Shown: positions 37,101-45,208, numbered from the stretch's first letter. The stretch is DNA of 49,906 bases from Candidatus Aenigmatarchaeota archaeon (GCA_016219485.1 JACRMX010000003.1:1-49906), one strand, 5' to 3'. Notes: generated by a model from the sequence alone, not told the origin. Numbers and translations are program-made.

Positions 37101-37440
37101 CTTCATCATCATAGTCAGTTGCAACAAAAAAGTCATTTGCACCTTTTGCAAGCTGCTCCATGTTCCTAAAATAAGGCTCTGAGAATGCAGCAAAACGGCT
37201 TGCCTTGAAGCTTGGCACCCATTCCACGTCAAAACGCGGGTAGTCCCAGCCTTTGCCTGTCTGCTTTAGAGTAAAGAGATGACCAACAGCAGGCGCTGCA
37301 ATGAAGTTCTTCCCATCACGCTGGAACTCGTACCATACAGCATTCTTTTCGCCGTATTTTTTTATGCCATTTTCAGCCAGCGCATCAGCTATTGCCTTTG
37401 CAGCAGACGGTTTTTCGCATATAATAAGCGCATGTGACAT
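34117..37440 (-). CDS. topA: Type IA DNA topoisomerase containing an intein, with C-terminal zinc ribbons
   Basis: The Toprim region has IICEKPS and TDYDDEGE. The catalytic Tyr region is GYISYPRTAS. It also has RRFMAVF and STRSSILQILYNRGYL...VTELG, plus C-terminal CxxC...GCSGY zinc ribbons. The stop overlaps the XPD start by 1 nt. Confidence 0.9.
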   Translation of the reverse strand: MSHALIICEKPSAAKAIADALAENGIKKYGEKNAVWYEFQRDGKNFIAAPAVGHLFTLKQTGKGWDYPRFDVEWVPSFKASRFAAFSEPYFRNMEQLAKGANDFFVATDYDDEGEIIGYNILSLICGKNDAARMKFSTMVKEELIESYEHAATSLNKNLAESGFTRHYLDWYWGINLTRALTNAIKAANKRFRILSTGRVQGPVLHMLARHEKKIQAFKPKPFWQIEAQIEIGKETLKAQYEKDKIWDRKEAEKLLEKAKAKDAVVTDIKTRKYTQKPPIPYNTTSLLADIYRYFGYSPQQGMMLAEELYQKGYISYPRTASEKLPADINYKRIITSLSKRKEYEKGASLLLQGSLKPNEGAKKDPAHPAVYPTWQVPKLLGNRQKNVYDLVVRRFMAVFGEPAKRESQKIIFDVNGALFSVTGKRTLEAALNENSFDVEFHKPQLISRRKLMKNEKLFCISINGGELKATGDHPIYLFDGGVKLKAAKDISKGDKLLSIISKNKTGAPLADESWFLNRNFKLYNDMYLNKFSSKGNLGINRNALPIKWTSDLAWLLGYFYGDGSYSSPKYNGSHQVYFTTTEKKALNILKKRIKRIFGVELGVYLVKNNQYKVQCNALISRFMAENFPEIKSKARFDIPAEFCGDFLRGFFDADGNVHFRNIGPVKIQGTACMAHGVPRVKISLARKDHILWIKDLLASIGIEVMVHEQKAKLKEKYFDCFTIRIGSRDNVDRYAWKVGFDVDHKRNILYKGLMADCLRYKRLQVCYALLLALKKHDLDACQLKHITGYNAYEIETALKRLVKLGIIKRKRLSPYSRPPNRVLYEILDKDYFIHALRASYEHISGELYASEVTSIEELNDDNLFVFDISVSPESPNFITNGSVLVHNSTRSSILQILYNRGYLIGSSIEVTELGVNLANILEKNVSEVVSEKLTRHFEEECDLVEQGNKKREDVLEDAKKTIEKISAEFKKKEKKIGEELTDAVIATQDKQNKLGVCLKCGGTLKVHKNWKTKKRFVGCSGYKKGCRVGFPLPHEGLIMSTGKTCNECKTPIIQVRRQGGRPFRMCLDMECPTKKDWLDKAKLEKAKKESRKTSEEAKKTVQSKIS
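34777..36063 (-). mobile_element. Intein with a LAGLIDADG homing-endonuclease domain inside topA (N-terminal boundary uncertain, possibly up to 36150)
   Basis: Block B is ATGDHPIYLF. The DOD motifs are LLGYFYGDGS and LRGFFDADGN. Blocks F and G are NLFVFDISV...NFITNGSVLVHN, followed by Ser+1 (S889). Confidence 0.8.
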
Positions 37441-37486
37441 AGAGAACCACTTTCTATAATATAAGATGAGCTTTTTAAATATGTTA

Positions 37487-37728
37487 GAGTTTTGAAAAAC
37501 CCTACATTAGAATTGCAAAGCAATTCATTAGAAATTCCTTCGGAATTTCTATGCATCGGAAAGCTCGGCTTTCCTGATGCTATGCATGAGAAAAACTTTG
37601 TTTTTCCCAATGTCTCGTAAACAGTTGAATAGATTTGTTATAACGTTTTTTTCTGCTTTCCCTCAAAATTAGGGGGAAAGAGAAAAAAACCGTATGTGAT
37701 TGGAAAAACAGGGTTTTTCAAAGTCCTC
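37487..37728. mobile_element. MITE-like member of the hairpin family with 13-bp terminal inverted repeats
   Basis: The left end is GAGTTTTGAAAAACCCT. The reverse complement of the right end is GAGGACTTTGAAAAACCCTG. Inside are four hairpins homologous to 9530-9640 plus the big hairpin TTTTTTTCTGCTTTCCCT-caaaatt-AGGGGGAAAGAGAAAAAAA. Confidence 0.75.
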
Positions 37729-37833
37729 GTGTTATTATTGTTTGCGCGAAGGTTATGCATATCAATTCCGAAAGAAGTGATTATAGTTTTAAAATTTTGC
37801 TACATACCAAATATAATACTGTATGCTAACATT

Positions 37834-39105
37834 CTATCTCGCAATCTCTTTGAAGTCTGTATACTTCTGCAGAGCCTTTGGCACTTCTATGCTGCCGTCT
37901 TCGCGCTGGTAGTTTTCGATTATAGCGACAATCGTTCTGCCAAGAGCAAGTGCTGTGCTGTTCAGCGTGTGAGCAAATCCTTTGGGTTCTGCGCCTTTTT
38001 TTTCAGCATATTTTGTGTTCATTCTGCGCGCTTGGTAGTCTGTACAGTTTGAGCAGGAAACGACTTCGCGGTATTTATTTTGTCCGGGAAACCATGCCTC
38101 AATGTCATATTTCTTTGCAGCAACCATGCCCATTTCTCCACTGCATACATTAACGACGCGGTAGTGCATGCCGAGCTTCTGCTGAAACTCCTCGGCTGTT
38201 TTTATCAGCTTTTCATGCTCATTCCATGAATCTTCAGGCGAGCTGTAAATGAACATCTCTATCTTCTCAAACTGGTGGACGCGGAATATGCCCTTGGTAT
38301 CACGACCATGCGAGCCTGCCTCTGTCCTGAAACAAGGCGAGAATCCGCAGTAGTATTTCGGAAGCTGGTCTTTTGTAAGCGTTTCATTCATATGGTAACC
38401 TGCCAGGGGTTGTTCAGACGTTCCTATAAGGCACAGCCCTTCTCTTTGTATCATGTAGATGTCTTCTTCGCCAACAGGGAGCCATCCTGCGCCCTGCATA
38501 GCATTTTTAGTAATGAGGAAAGGCGGTATAAGCAGGGTGAATCCTTTTTTCTTAAGCAGGTCAGTAGCAAACTGCGCAAGAACAAGCTCTAGCGTCACTG
38601 CTTCATTTTTCAAAAAATAAAAGCGCGATCCTGATATCTTTGCTGCACGCTCAATATCAAACAAATCCAATGCAAGACCCAGGTCTATGTGGTCCTTTGG
38701 ATTTTTTATGTCAGGCTTTTTGCCCCATTTCCTGACAACGACATTGTCATTTTCATCCTTGCCTTTTGGCACGCTGTCGTGTAGTATGTTAGGCATGAGA
38801 AGCAGGATGTTATCAAGCTTGTTTTTCAGCTCTTCTGTCTTTTTTTCAAACTCACTGATTTTTTTTGGCAGCTCTTTCATCTCAGCAAGTTTTTTTTCAA
38901 CGCTTTTCTTCTGCTGCTTCATTTCAGCTACTTCTTTGGACAGGTTATTGCGCTTCCTCCTGAGCTCGTTAAGCTCGCCCAGGCTTTCGCGCCACTGCCT
39001 GTCTGCTTTGATAAACTGATTAAGCAGGCTGTCATCCTTGTCGCGCCTTTTGAAATTTTCCTTTACGACTTCAGGATTATTCCTCAGTATATTAACATCA
39101 ATCAT
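37834..39105 (-). CDS. serS: Seryl-tRNA synthetase
   Basis: N-terminal coiled-coil arm. Class II motif 2 is FRTEAGSHGRDTKGIFRVHQFEKIE and motif 3 is the GLALGRTIVAIIEN region. The start was set to MIDVNIL. Confidence 0.9.
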   Translation of the reverse strand: MIDVNILRNNPEVVKENFKRRDKDDSLLNQFIKADRQWRESLGELNELRRKRNNLSKEVAEMKQQKKSVEKKLAEMKELPKKISEFEKKTEELKNKLDNILLLMPNILHDSVPKGKDENDNVVVRKWGKKPDIKNPKDHIDLGLALDLFDIERAAKISGSRFYFLKNEAVTLELVLAQFATDLLKKKGFTLLIPPFLITKNAMQGAGWLPVGEEDIYMIQREGLCLIGTSEQPLAGYHMNETLTKDQLPKYYCGFSPCFRTEAGSHGRDTKGIFRVHQFEKIEMFIYSSPEDSWNEHEKLIKTAEEFQQKLGMHYRVVNVCSGEMGMVAAKKYDIEAWFPGQNKYREVVSCSNCTDYQARRMNTKYAEKKGAEPKGFAHTLNSTALALGRTIVAIIENYQREDGSIEVPKALQKYTDFKEIAR

Positions 39106-39183
39106 AGTTTTGAATTTGCCCTGCAATATTTAAAAAGGTTTGAAAAGATTGCAAAGAGGGTGAGAAAAAATAAAATTCTATAG

Positions 39184-40290
39184 TTATCTTGTAATCTTCT
39201 GTTTCTTCACAAATTCATACAGCTTGCTGGCCTTTCCTTTCTCAAAATGCTCGCGAACAGGTTTTACTAACGCATCTATGTTTTCAGCCACAGCGTTTTT
39301 CAAATCCATTGGGTGCAGCTCGCCCATGCGGAATGCTTTTTCCAGTTTTTCATAACTTTCGAATTCAACCGGTCCACCGAATTTTGCCGGCCTAGTGATT
39401 TTCATTGTTCCAAAAGCCCGGAATATTATATGCTTTGAATAATCCAGCATAGGATTGTTTTCTATGTCTCTAGGCGCGCAATAGGCTCTGGATATTTTTT
39501 CTTTTATCTGCTCTTTGCTGTCATGAACAAAAATGCCTGTATTTGGCTTGCTCTTGCTCATCTTTGATGATATGGATGCATCCATTTCCTTGTTTTGCTC
39601 AAAACCTTCCGGAGTTTTCAGACCTTCAAGTCCCATAAGCATGTGATGGCTTACAACAACAGGCTTTTTCCAGCCTAGTTTTGGGGCAACTTCGCGGGCA
39701 AGCATCCCTGCTCTGCGTTGGTCCAAGCCAAGCTGCGTTATGTCAACGTCAAGATGAAAAATATCAGCACACTGCATCATGGGATAAAAATACTGCGCAG
39801 TTTCTGCCATTTCGCCTTCCTTTCTGCCCATTATTGTAAGGCAGCGGGTAGCGCGGCTCACGGTAGTATTTTTCGCTATCAGAATAACCTTTTTCCAGTA
39901 TTCGCTGTCCATGCTTTTGCTCGCGAATACGTATTCAACATCCTTTACGCCTGCTGCTTTCCATACTTCTATGAAATATTCTCCGACTTTCTGTATTTTT
40001 TCCAGGTCTCCATCCATTTTGTTGTTAATCCACGCAAACCAGTCTGCAAGCCATAGCTTAAACTTAATGCCAGCTTTCTGCATATCCTTAAGCAATAGGG
40101 GACGGAATACGCCGAAAGGCAAATGAGCTACTGTGTCTGAGTAACAGAACGTTAATCAGTATCCACTAGGCTCAAAGCCGTCGTAAGCTATTGGGTGCTG
40201 CTTCATTTCCAATAGTTCTCGCAATTCCTGCTCTGTTATGATTTCCTCGCCTACGCTTTTAATTAATTCTAATTTTGATTCTATATCCAT
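39184..40290 (-). CDS. tyrS: Tyrosyl-tRNA synthetase, interrupted by a 30-nt intervening sequence containing an in-frame TGA
   Basis: The ORF track starts at 40122 (TTG). The same frame continues upstream to ATG 40290, encoding MDIESKLELIKSVGEEIITEQELRELLEMKQHPIAYDGFEPSG, then Y-stop. Removing 40132-40161 gives GFEPSG-VA-HLPFG, which has the same spacing as GFEPSG-KI-HLGH in archaeal TyrRS. Downstream motifs are KMSKSKP and the C-terminal ELHPMDLKNAVAE. Confidence 0.85.
40132..40161 (-). other. Candidate relaxed-BHB mini-intron (30 nt) in tyrS
   Basis: Holds the only stop (TGA 40156-40158) and the hairpin CUGAUUAAC-GUUCU-GUUACUCAG. An AUA bulge lies 5' of the hairpin, a GUG/CAC short helix pairs 5' exon with the intron 3' end, AG(U) is unpaired on the 3' side, and an outer helix GAGC.UA/UAGCUC can form. 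Confidence 0.55.
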
Positions 40291-40312
40291 ACAAGTTAGT
40301 TGGCAGGACAGA

Positions 40313-40320
40313 TTTTAATA
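40313..40320 (-). promoter_or_regulatory. TATA-box-like element (TATTAAAA) about 26 nt upstream of the tyrS exon-1 ATG
   Basis: The spacing fits a leaderless archaeal transcript that begins at the exon-1 start codon. Confidence 0.4.
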
Positions 40321-40371
40321 GTTTTTAGGTATCCTGCTTCAGAAATAATTATTAGTGAACTACTCCCAGCT

Positions 40372-40552
40372 ACAAGGAAAAGTTAGAAACTTTTCCTTGT
40401 ATCGTTAGAAGGTTTTTTCTGCTTTCCCTTGTATTAGGGGGAAAGAGAAAAAAAACCGCACTGGATATATTGGAAATTCCGAAAGAATTTCCACATACAG
40501 AATTACTTTGTAATTCTGATATATTGGAAAAACGGGGTTTTTCAACGTCTTC
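40372..40552. repeat. Hairpin-array repeat with a right TIR-like end only
   Basis: Contains aggaaaagt-taga-aacttttcct, the big hairpin TTTTTTCTGCTTTCCCT-tgtatt-AGGGGGAAAGAGAAAAAAAA, ggaaattc-cgaaa-gaatttcc and agaattac-tttg-taattct. It ends GGGGTTTTTCAACGTCTTC. Confidence 0.8.
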
Positions 40553-40617
40553 GATTATCGAATATCTTATTTTGGCTCTTCAAAAACCTTAAATTGCTTG
40601 GATACCTATTTCTTTTA

Positions 40618-41430
40618 ATGAATCCCTATTGCAAGCTGCTAAGGCCAACTGTTTGCCTGCTTAGTGCTTTCGGCCTTCTCGTTGGTGCAATAGTAGCGCA
40701 GGCGCTGGTTCCGGTTCTTGCACTGGGGCTTATTGCAGCATTCATAATCTGCGGCGCCGGCAATGCTATCAATGATTATTTTGATTACGAAATCGACAAA
40801 ATCAATCAACCAAAGCGCCCCATACCGTCAGGCAGAGTAAGCAGAAAGGCTGCGCTGATTTATTTTGCTGTTCTCTCCATAGCAGGTGCTGCGCTGGCTT
40901 TCTTTGTGTCATTGCCATTCTTTGTAATTGCAGTTTTCAATATCTTCGTCCTTTTCATATATTCGTGGAAGCTTAAGCCTGTTGCGCTCATAGGTAATGC
41001 TGCTGTTGCATATCTTGCAGCTTCGTCATTCTTGGCAGCAGGGCTTATCATCAGTAATTTCAACAGCTTATGGGGTTCTGCCATATTCATGCTGGCTGTT
41101 GTATCATTTCTTGGTACGATAGCAAGGGAAATCATAAAAGACGTGGAAGACATTAAGGGCGATGAGAAATTAGGCATGAGAACGCTGCCCATAGTTGTTG
41201 GCGAGAAAATAGCCAAAGCAGTTGCTTATGCTATTCTGGTCATTGCCTGCGCTTCGCTGATATGGCCATATCAAATGTTGTCTACCTATTACCTGATTGG
41301 CGCCATACCTGGCATACTGGCCTGCCTGTATGCCATAGCAAAGCACAAGAACCCGAGAAAATCGCAGAAAATGGTAAAGGTTGCGATGTACTTTGTAATG
41401 CTTGGTTTCCTGCTTGGAAGCTTATTGTAA
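40618..41430 (+). CDS. UbiA-family prenyltransferase, likely digeranylgeranylglyceryl phosphate synthase
   Basis: Carries NAINDYFDYEIDKINQPKRPIPSG (NxxxDxxxD) and a second Asp-rich motif, DVEDIKGDEKLGMRTLP. About 8 TM segments. The ORF-track TTG start at 40594 is also possible. Confidence 0.8.
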   Translation: MNPYCKLLRPTVCLLSAFGLLVGAIVAQALVPVLALGLIAAFIICGAGNAINDYFDYEIDKINQPKRPIPSGRVSRKAALIYFAVLSIAGAALAFFVSLPFFVIAVFNIFVLFIYSWKLKPVALIGNAAVAYLAASSFLAAGLIISNFNSLWGSAIFMLAVVSFLGTIAREIIKDVEDIKGDEKLGMRTLPIVVGEKIAKAVAYAILVIACASLIWPYQMLSTYYLIGAIPGILACLYAIAKHKNPRKSQKMVKVAMYFVMLGFLLGSLL

Positions 41431-41497
41431 GGTATACTATAGTAATACAATCAATAACTTTAAATAGTATACCATAGTATATATATGTGGTGATTAA

Positions 41498-41686
41498 ATG
41501 AAAAGCATACCTGCTAAAATAACCGAAAAATTGGAAATGGAAATGGATGAAATTATTGAAGAAGGGTGGTACGCCAGCAGATCTGAGTTTATACGGGATG
41601 CAATAAGAGAAATGGTTAGAAAAATGAAAATAGAAAGGCTAGAAACTGCTATAGAAGAAGATATAAAATGGGGCCTAAAAAAATGA
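41498..41686 (+). CDS. Ribbon-helix-helix (CopG-like) protein, putative antitoxin
   Basis: 62 aa with the SRSEFIRDAIREMV RHH signature. ATGA overlap with the next gene. Confidence 0.6.
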   Translation: MKSIPAKITEKLEMEMDEIIEEGWYASRSEFIRDAIREMVRKMKIERLETAIEEDIKWGLKK

Positions 41687-42180
41687 GAGCTGTCTCAAAT
41701 TCTGGGCCTCTTATACATCTTGCCCAGATTAAAAAATTTAGGGCTTTGAAAATTTTTAATGAAATTTTTATTCCTGAAGCAGTCCGACACGAAATTCTTA
41801 TAAAGAATGCACCTGGAAAGGAAGAAATCCAAAAAACCAGCTTTATAAAACTAAAAGAGCTTTCTCCCTGTTCAAAAGACCTGGCAATTCTTTTAGGAAA
41901 GAGGTACTCAATTGATATGGGAGAAGCGCAAGCTATAACACTCTGCAAGCAGGAAAAAATCCCGTTGTTTCTCACAGATGATCTTGATGCAAGAACTGTT
42001 GCAAAGAGCATTGTAATAGAAACTCATGGCACTGTAGGCATTCTTCTAAGAAGTTTTCAGGAAAAATTAATAACTAAAAAGGAAGCTATAAAAGCTGTTG
42101 AGGCACTTCGCTCAGATTCAACACTTTTCATAACAAATGATCTGGTCAAAAGAATAATAAGCGAGATTCAAAAATCATGA
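41683..42180 (+). CDS. PIN-like (DUF3368-type) nucleic-acid-binding protein, putative toxin
   Basis: SNSGPLIHL...GEAQAITLCKQEKIPLFLTDDLDARTVA...HGTVGILL matches the GEA...DD..AR...G..G pattern of PIN-like DUF3368 proteins. Confidence 0.55.
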   Translation: MRAVSNSGPLIHLAQIKKFRALKIFNEIFIPEAVRHEILIKNAPGKEEIQKTSFIKLKELSPCSKDLAILLGKRYSIDMGEAQAITLCKQEKIPLFLTDDLDARTVAKSIVIETHGTVGILLRSFQEKLITKKEAIKAVEALRSDSTLFITNDLVKRIISEIQKS

Positions 42181-42238
42181 AGATGCCAGAAAACCTAATC
42201 TGAAAAGTTTTTTAACCTTCTTTTACCAATTAGCCTAT

Positions 42239-42970
42239 ATGTCAGGAATCCTTAACTGGATAAATCGTGAAACAAAAAAAGGAACTCTGCATTTTACATT
42301 GATAGACCCTGAAAAACCAGACAATCTTAAACAAAAAGCAAAAGAACTGAAGCTAATGGGCTCTGACGCTTTTCTTGTTGGAGGATCAACAAACATCAGA
42401 AAAAACGTGCTGGACAAAACAGTAAAAATCTTAAAGAAAACATCCATGCCTGTTATTCTTTATCCCGGAGACATAAACGGCGTAACAAAATATGCTGATG
42501 CTATTCTCTTCATGTCGCTTATGAACTCAAAAAACCCTTACTGGATTACAGGCGCGCAGGCAAAAAGCTCGATCTCGGTCAAGCAATCCAAACTTGAGCC
42601 CCTGTCAATGGGTTACATAATTGTCGAACCTGGCGGCGCAGCAGGCCGCGTTGGCGAGGCTGAGCTCATAAAAAGAACAGACAGCAAAAAAGCTATTGGC
42701 TATGCATTAGCAGCCCAGTATATGGGCATGTCTCTGGTTTATCTGGAAGCAGGCTCTGGTGCAGCAACTCCTATTCCTGTCAATATGGTAAAAAAAGTGA
42801 AAAAAGCTGTAAGCATACCGCTCATAGTTGGCGGAGGCATTCGTGACGCAGCAGCGGCAAAGGCCGCCACGAAAGCCGGCGCTGACATCATTGTAACCGG
42901 CAACGTCACAGAAGACAACTTTGATGCAATAAAAGGAATCATCACAGCGATAAAGAACGTGAAAAGATAG
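42239..42970 (+). CDS. Geranylgeranylglyceryl phosphate synthase (PcrB/GGGPS family)
   Basis: Carries LIDPEK, FLVGGS, VYLEAGSGA, PLIVGGGIRD and GADIIVTGN. Confidence 0.85.
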   Translation: MSGILNWINRETKKGTLHFTLIDPEKPDNLKQKAKELKLMGSDAFLVGGSTNIRKNVLDKTVKILKKTSMPVILYPGDINGVTKYADAILFMSLMNSKNPYWITGAQAKSSISVKQSKLEPLSMGYIIVEPGGAAGRVGEAELIKRTDSKKAIGYALAAQYMGMSLVYLEAGSGAATPIPVNMVKKVKKAVSIPLIVGGGIRDAAAAKAATKAGADIIVTGNVTEDNFDAIKGIITAIKNVKR

Positions 42971-42988
42971 ACGCATAACATACGCCAA

Positions 42989-43282
42989 ATGGAAGATAAT
43001 GATTTTTATAAACTTCATCTACCCTATACTTCTATGATGAAACAAAAAATTATTGACGAAACAATCGGCTGGTATGGCACTTGTGCAATAATTCTCGCTT
43101 ATGCTCTTGTAAGTTTCAATTATATGTCTCCTTCAACATTTCTATACCAAATTTTGAATGGCACAGGCGCTTTAGGGATTGTGTATATCTCATTAAAAAA
43201 GAAAGCATATCAACCTGGCGTTCTTAATATTATTTGGGCGATTATTGCTTTGATTGCTATAATAAAATTATTGATTTACTGA
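42989..43282 (+). CDS. Small membrane protein (about 3 TM)
   Basis: 97 aa ORF with hydrophobic segments. No motif. Confidence 0.45.
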   Translation: MEDNDFYKLHLPYTSMMKQKIIDETIGWYGTCAIILAYALVSFNYMSPSTFLYQILNGTGALGIVYISLKKKAYQPGVLNIIWAIIALIAIIKLLIY

Positions 43283-43380
43283 ACTTTGACGGTTTATATA
43301 CTTTTTCTTTGTCCATCCTTTACAGAGACAAAGAAAAAGGTGAAATATAGAGATTTTTCAGTCATTTTTTACCTTCCTTT

Positions 43381-43454
43381 GAGATTGAGACAACAAAATG
43401 GCTCTGAATCATTTAATGAGATTGAGACAACAAAATGGCTCTGAATCATTTAAA
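43381..43454. repeat. Tandem direct repeat, 2 x 37 bp
   Basis: gagattgagacaacaaaatggctctgaatcatttaa(t/a) occurs twice with no spacer. It is preceded by a 13-bp-stem hairpin at 43300-43338. Confidence 0.9.
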
Positions 43455-43485
43455 TACAGTCAAAGTTGAGTGATTTAATTGCCTT

Positions 43486-43974
43486 TTACCTTTTTTGCCT
43501 TCGGCTTAAAAGTTCAACATACTCTTCGCAAAAAGCTCCATTATAAGGTCTAATATTTGCATAATTTCTGCTAAATCTTAGATTTGGATTTATTACTTCC
43601 ATCATTCTTTGGATTGATAGTTCTCCTATATCCTTACATACAAATCTTGTTTCCAAATCCAATTCTCTACATGCCTCTAGATATGGGCAGAAATTATACG
43701 ATGCTATCCTAATTTTTCTTGGAGAAACTCTCACTATTTTTGAGTATTCTGGATTAATTTGCATATGGTCAAAGAAGACAATTCTATATGCTTGCTCCTC
43801 AGGGCTTAATCCCTCATATTTTACTAGCATATCATCCAGATTTTCTTGAATCCATCCAACTCTCCTTTGTGCAATTAAATCTGCCAATTCCTGAGGAGTT
43901 AATTCTCCTTCTTTGACTCTCTGTAACTGTTCGAGTTTCTCCTGTATAGCTTTTTGCTCAGTTTCTGAAAACAT
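43486..43974 (-). CDS. Hypothetical Cys-containing protein (possibly ATC-hydrolase-like fold)
   Basis: 162 aa. The FCPYLEACRELDLETRFVCKD...NPNLRFSR...GAFCEEY pattern resembles L-2-amino-thiazoline-4-carboxylate hydrolase-like proteins. Weak call. Confidence 0.35.
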   Translation of the reverse strand: MFSETEQKAIQEKLEQLQRVKEGELTPQELADLIAQRRVGWIQENLDDMLVKYEGLSPEEQAYRIVFFDHMQINPEYSKIVRVSPRKIRIASYNFCPYLEACRELDLETRFVCKDIGELSIQRMMEVINPNLRFSRNYANIRPYNGAFCEEYVELLSRRQKR

Positions 43975-44152
43975 AATAATTAGAATAATAGATGTAAAGT
44001 TATAAATTTTACGCCCTTAAAACGGGTTTTACGGTTCGGCTCTTGCAGAGCCTCAGCCCAAACCCGATATTGCTGACTTTGTATAGTTGCACATATTAGT
44101 TGCGAGCACGAACCGAAACATTTATATATCTGCTGCTCTATAAATATAGCAT

Positions 44153-44677
44153 ATGCTACAAAATTATAGCAGATATAAAGTGTTGCAGGAATTTTTCGAT
44201 TTCCCAAGAAAGAGTTTTCAGATGAGGGAACTCTCCAGAATGGTAAAGCTTGCCCAACCTTCGGTAATAAATCATCTTGAAGCGCTGCAGAAAGAAGGGC
44301 TGGTAATAAAGGAGAAGCGCGGTATCTATCCATCATTCCGTGCGAACCGGGAAAGTGATGATTTCAAATTGTTGAAAAAACAAAACCTCGCATGGCGCAT
44401 CTACAATTGCGGCCTAATTTCTTTTTTGGACCAAGAGCTAAGGCCAGACTGCATTGTTTTGTTTGGCTCAGCAGCTAGAGGCGAGGATACGGAATCGAGC
44501 GACATCGACATGTTTATTCAGGCAGAAGAAACAAGCCTGAGGCTGGAAAAATATGAAAGAGCTTTGAATAGAAAGATAAGCCTGGTTTTTGAGACTAAAG
44601 TAACTAAGTTGAGCAAAGAGCTGCTGAACAACATAATCAATGGAGACGTACTTTACGGCTACATGAAGGTGTTTTGA
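44153..44677 (+). CDS. Minimal nucleotidyltransferase (MNT) with an N-terminal wHTH
   Basis: The NTase motif is LFGSAARGEDTESSDIDMFI. The N-terminal part is an HTH (MRELSRMVKLAQPSVINHLEALQKEGLV). Confidence 0.75.
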   Translation: MLQNYSRYKVLQEFFDFPRKSFQMRELSRMVKLAQPSVINHLEALQKEGLVIKEKRGIYPSFRANRESDDFKLLKKQNLAWRIYNCGLISFLDQELRPDCIVLFGSAARGEDTESSDIDMFIQAEETSLRLEKYERALNRKISLVFETKVTKLSKELLNNIINGDVLYGYMKVF

Positions 44678-45100
44678 ATGTTGGAATGGGATGAGATGAC
44701 AGAGCAGGTAACAAAGATTGCGCCTGACAAGGAAAAAGCAAAGGCGCTGCTGCAGATCATAGCGTTGCGGGAGAAAAACATAGCTTTGATGAATACGGGC
44801 GAATTTGCGACATTGATAGTCGAAGATTATTATGATATAATGAAAGAGCTGATAACTGCCATTATGTCGGTCGATGGCTGGAAAACTGTAAGCCATGAAA
44901 TGCTGATAGGCTATCTGGCAAGATTTTACAAGGAATTTTCGCAGGCAGAACTGTACGCAATTGACCAGCTGAGAAAAACTAGGAACGACATCTCGTATAG
45001 GGGTGCAAAAATAAAACCAGACTATCTGACAAGAAATGGGGAGCTTATTTTGAAAATAATCGGCAAATTAAAACAAACCGTGGAGAGAAAAATAAAATAG
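44678..45100 (+). CDS. HEPN domain protein (partner of the MNT)
   Basis: Starts 1 nt after the MNT stop. All-helical, 140 aa, with an LRKTRNDISYRG motif region. Confidence 0.6.
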   Translation: MLEWDEMTEQVTKIAPDKEKAKALLQIIALREKNIALMNTGEFATLIVEDYYDIMKELITAIMSVDGWKTVSHEMLIGYLARFYKEFSQAELYAIDQLRKTRNDISYRGAKIKPDYLTRNGELILKIIGKLKQTVERKIK

Positions 45101-45208
45101 TGGTAATTGCCAGCTCAGCAGACTATTACATTAATTAATTTGTTTATTCGGGCTAGGGGTAAATTAATTTCTCTTTCCACCAGTCCAGCATGCTTGGTTC
45201 ATGAAAAA

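Noticed and set aside
37696-38052. The plus-strand ORF (118 aa) that starts in the right end of the MITE-like element.
   Set aside because: It is antisense to the well-supported serS 3' region and begins inside the repeat. It has no motif.
43381-43454. The 2 x 37-bp direct repeat was considered as a mini-CRISPR array.
   Set aside because: The two copies are directly adjacent with no spacer, there are only two units, and there are no cas genes in the window. It is more likely a simple tandem duplication in a 3' UTR or intergenic region.
43980-44336. The minus-strand 118-aa ORF, and a possible small ncRNA at about 44030-44130 (stem cggttcg...cgaaccg).
   Set aside because: The ORF overlaps the MNT gene start and has no motif. 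The long-range stem is short, no C/D or H/ACA boxes were found, and the evidence is insufficient to call an RNA gene.
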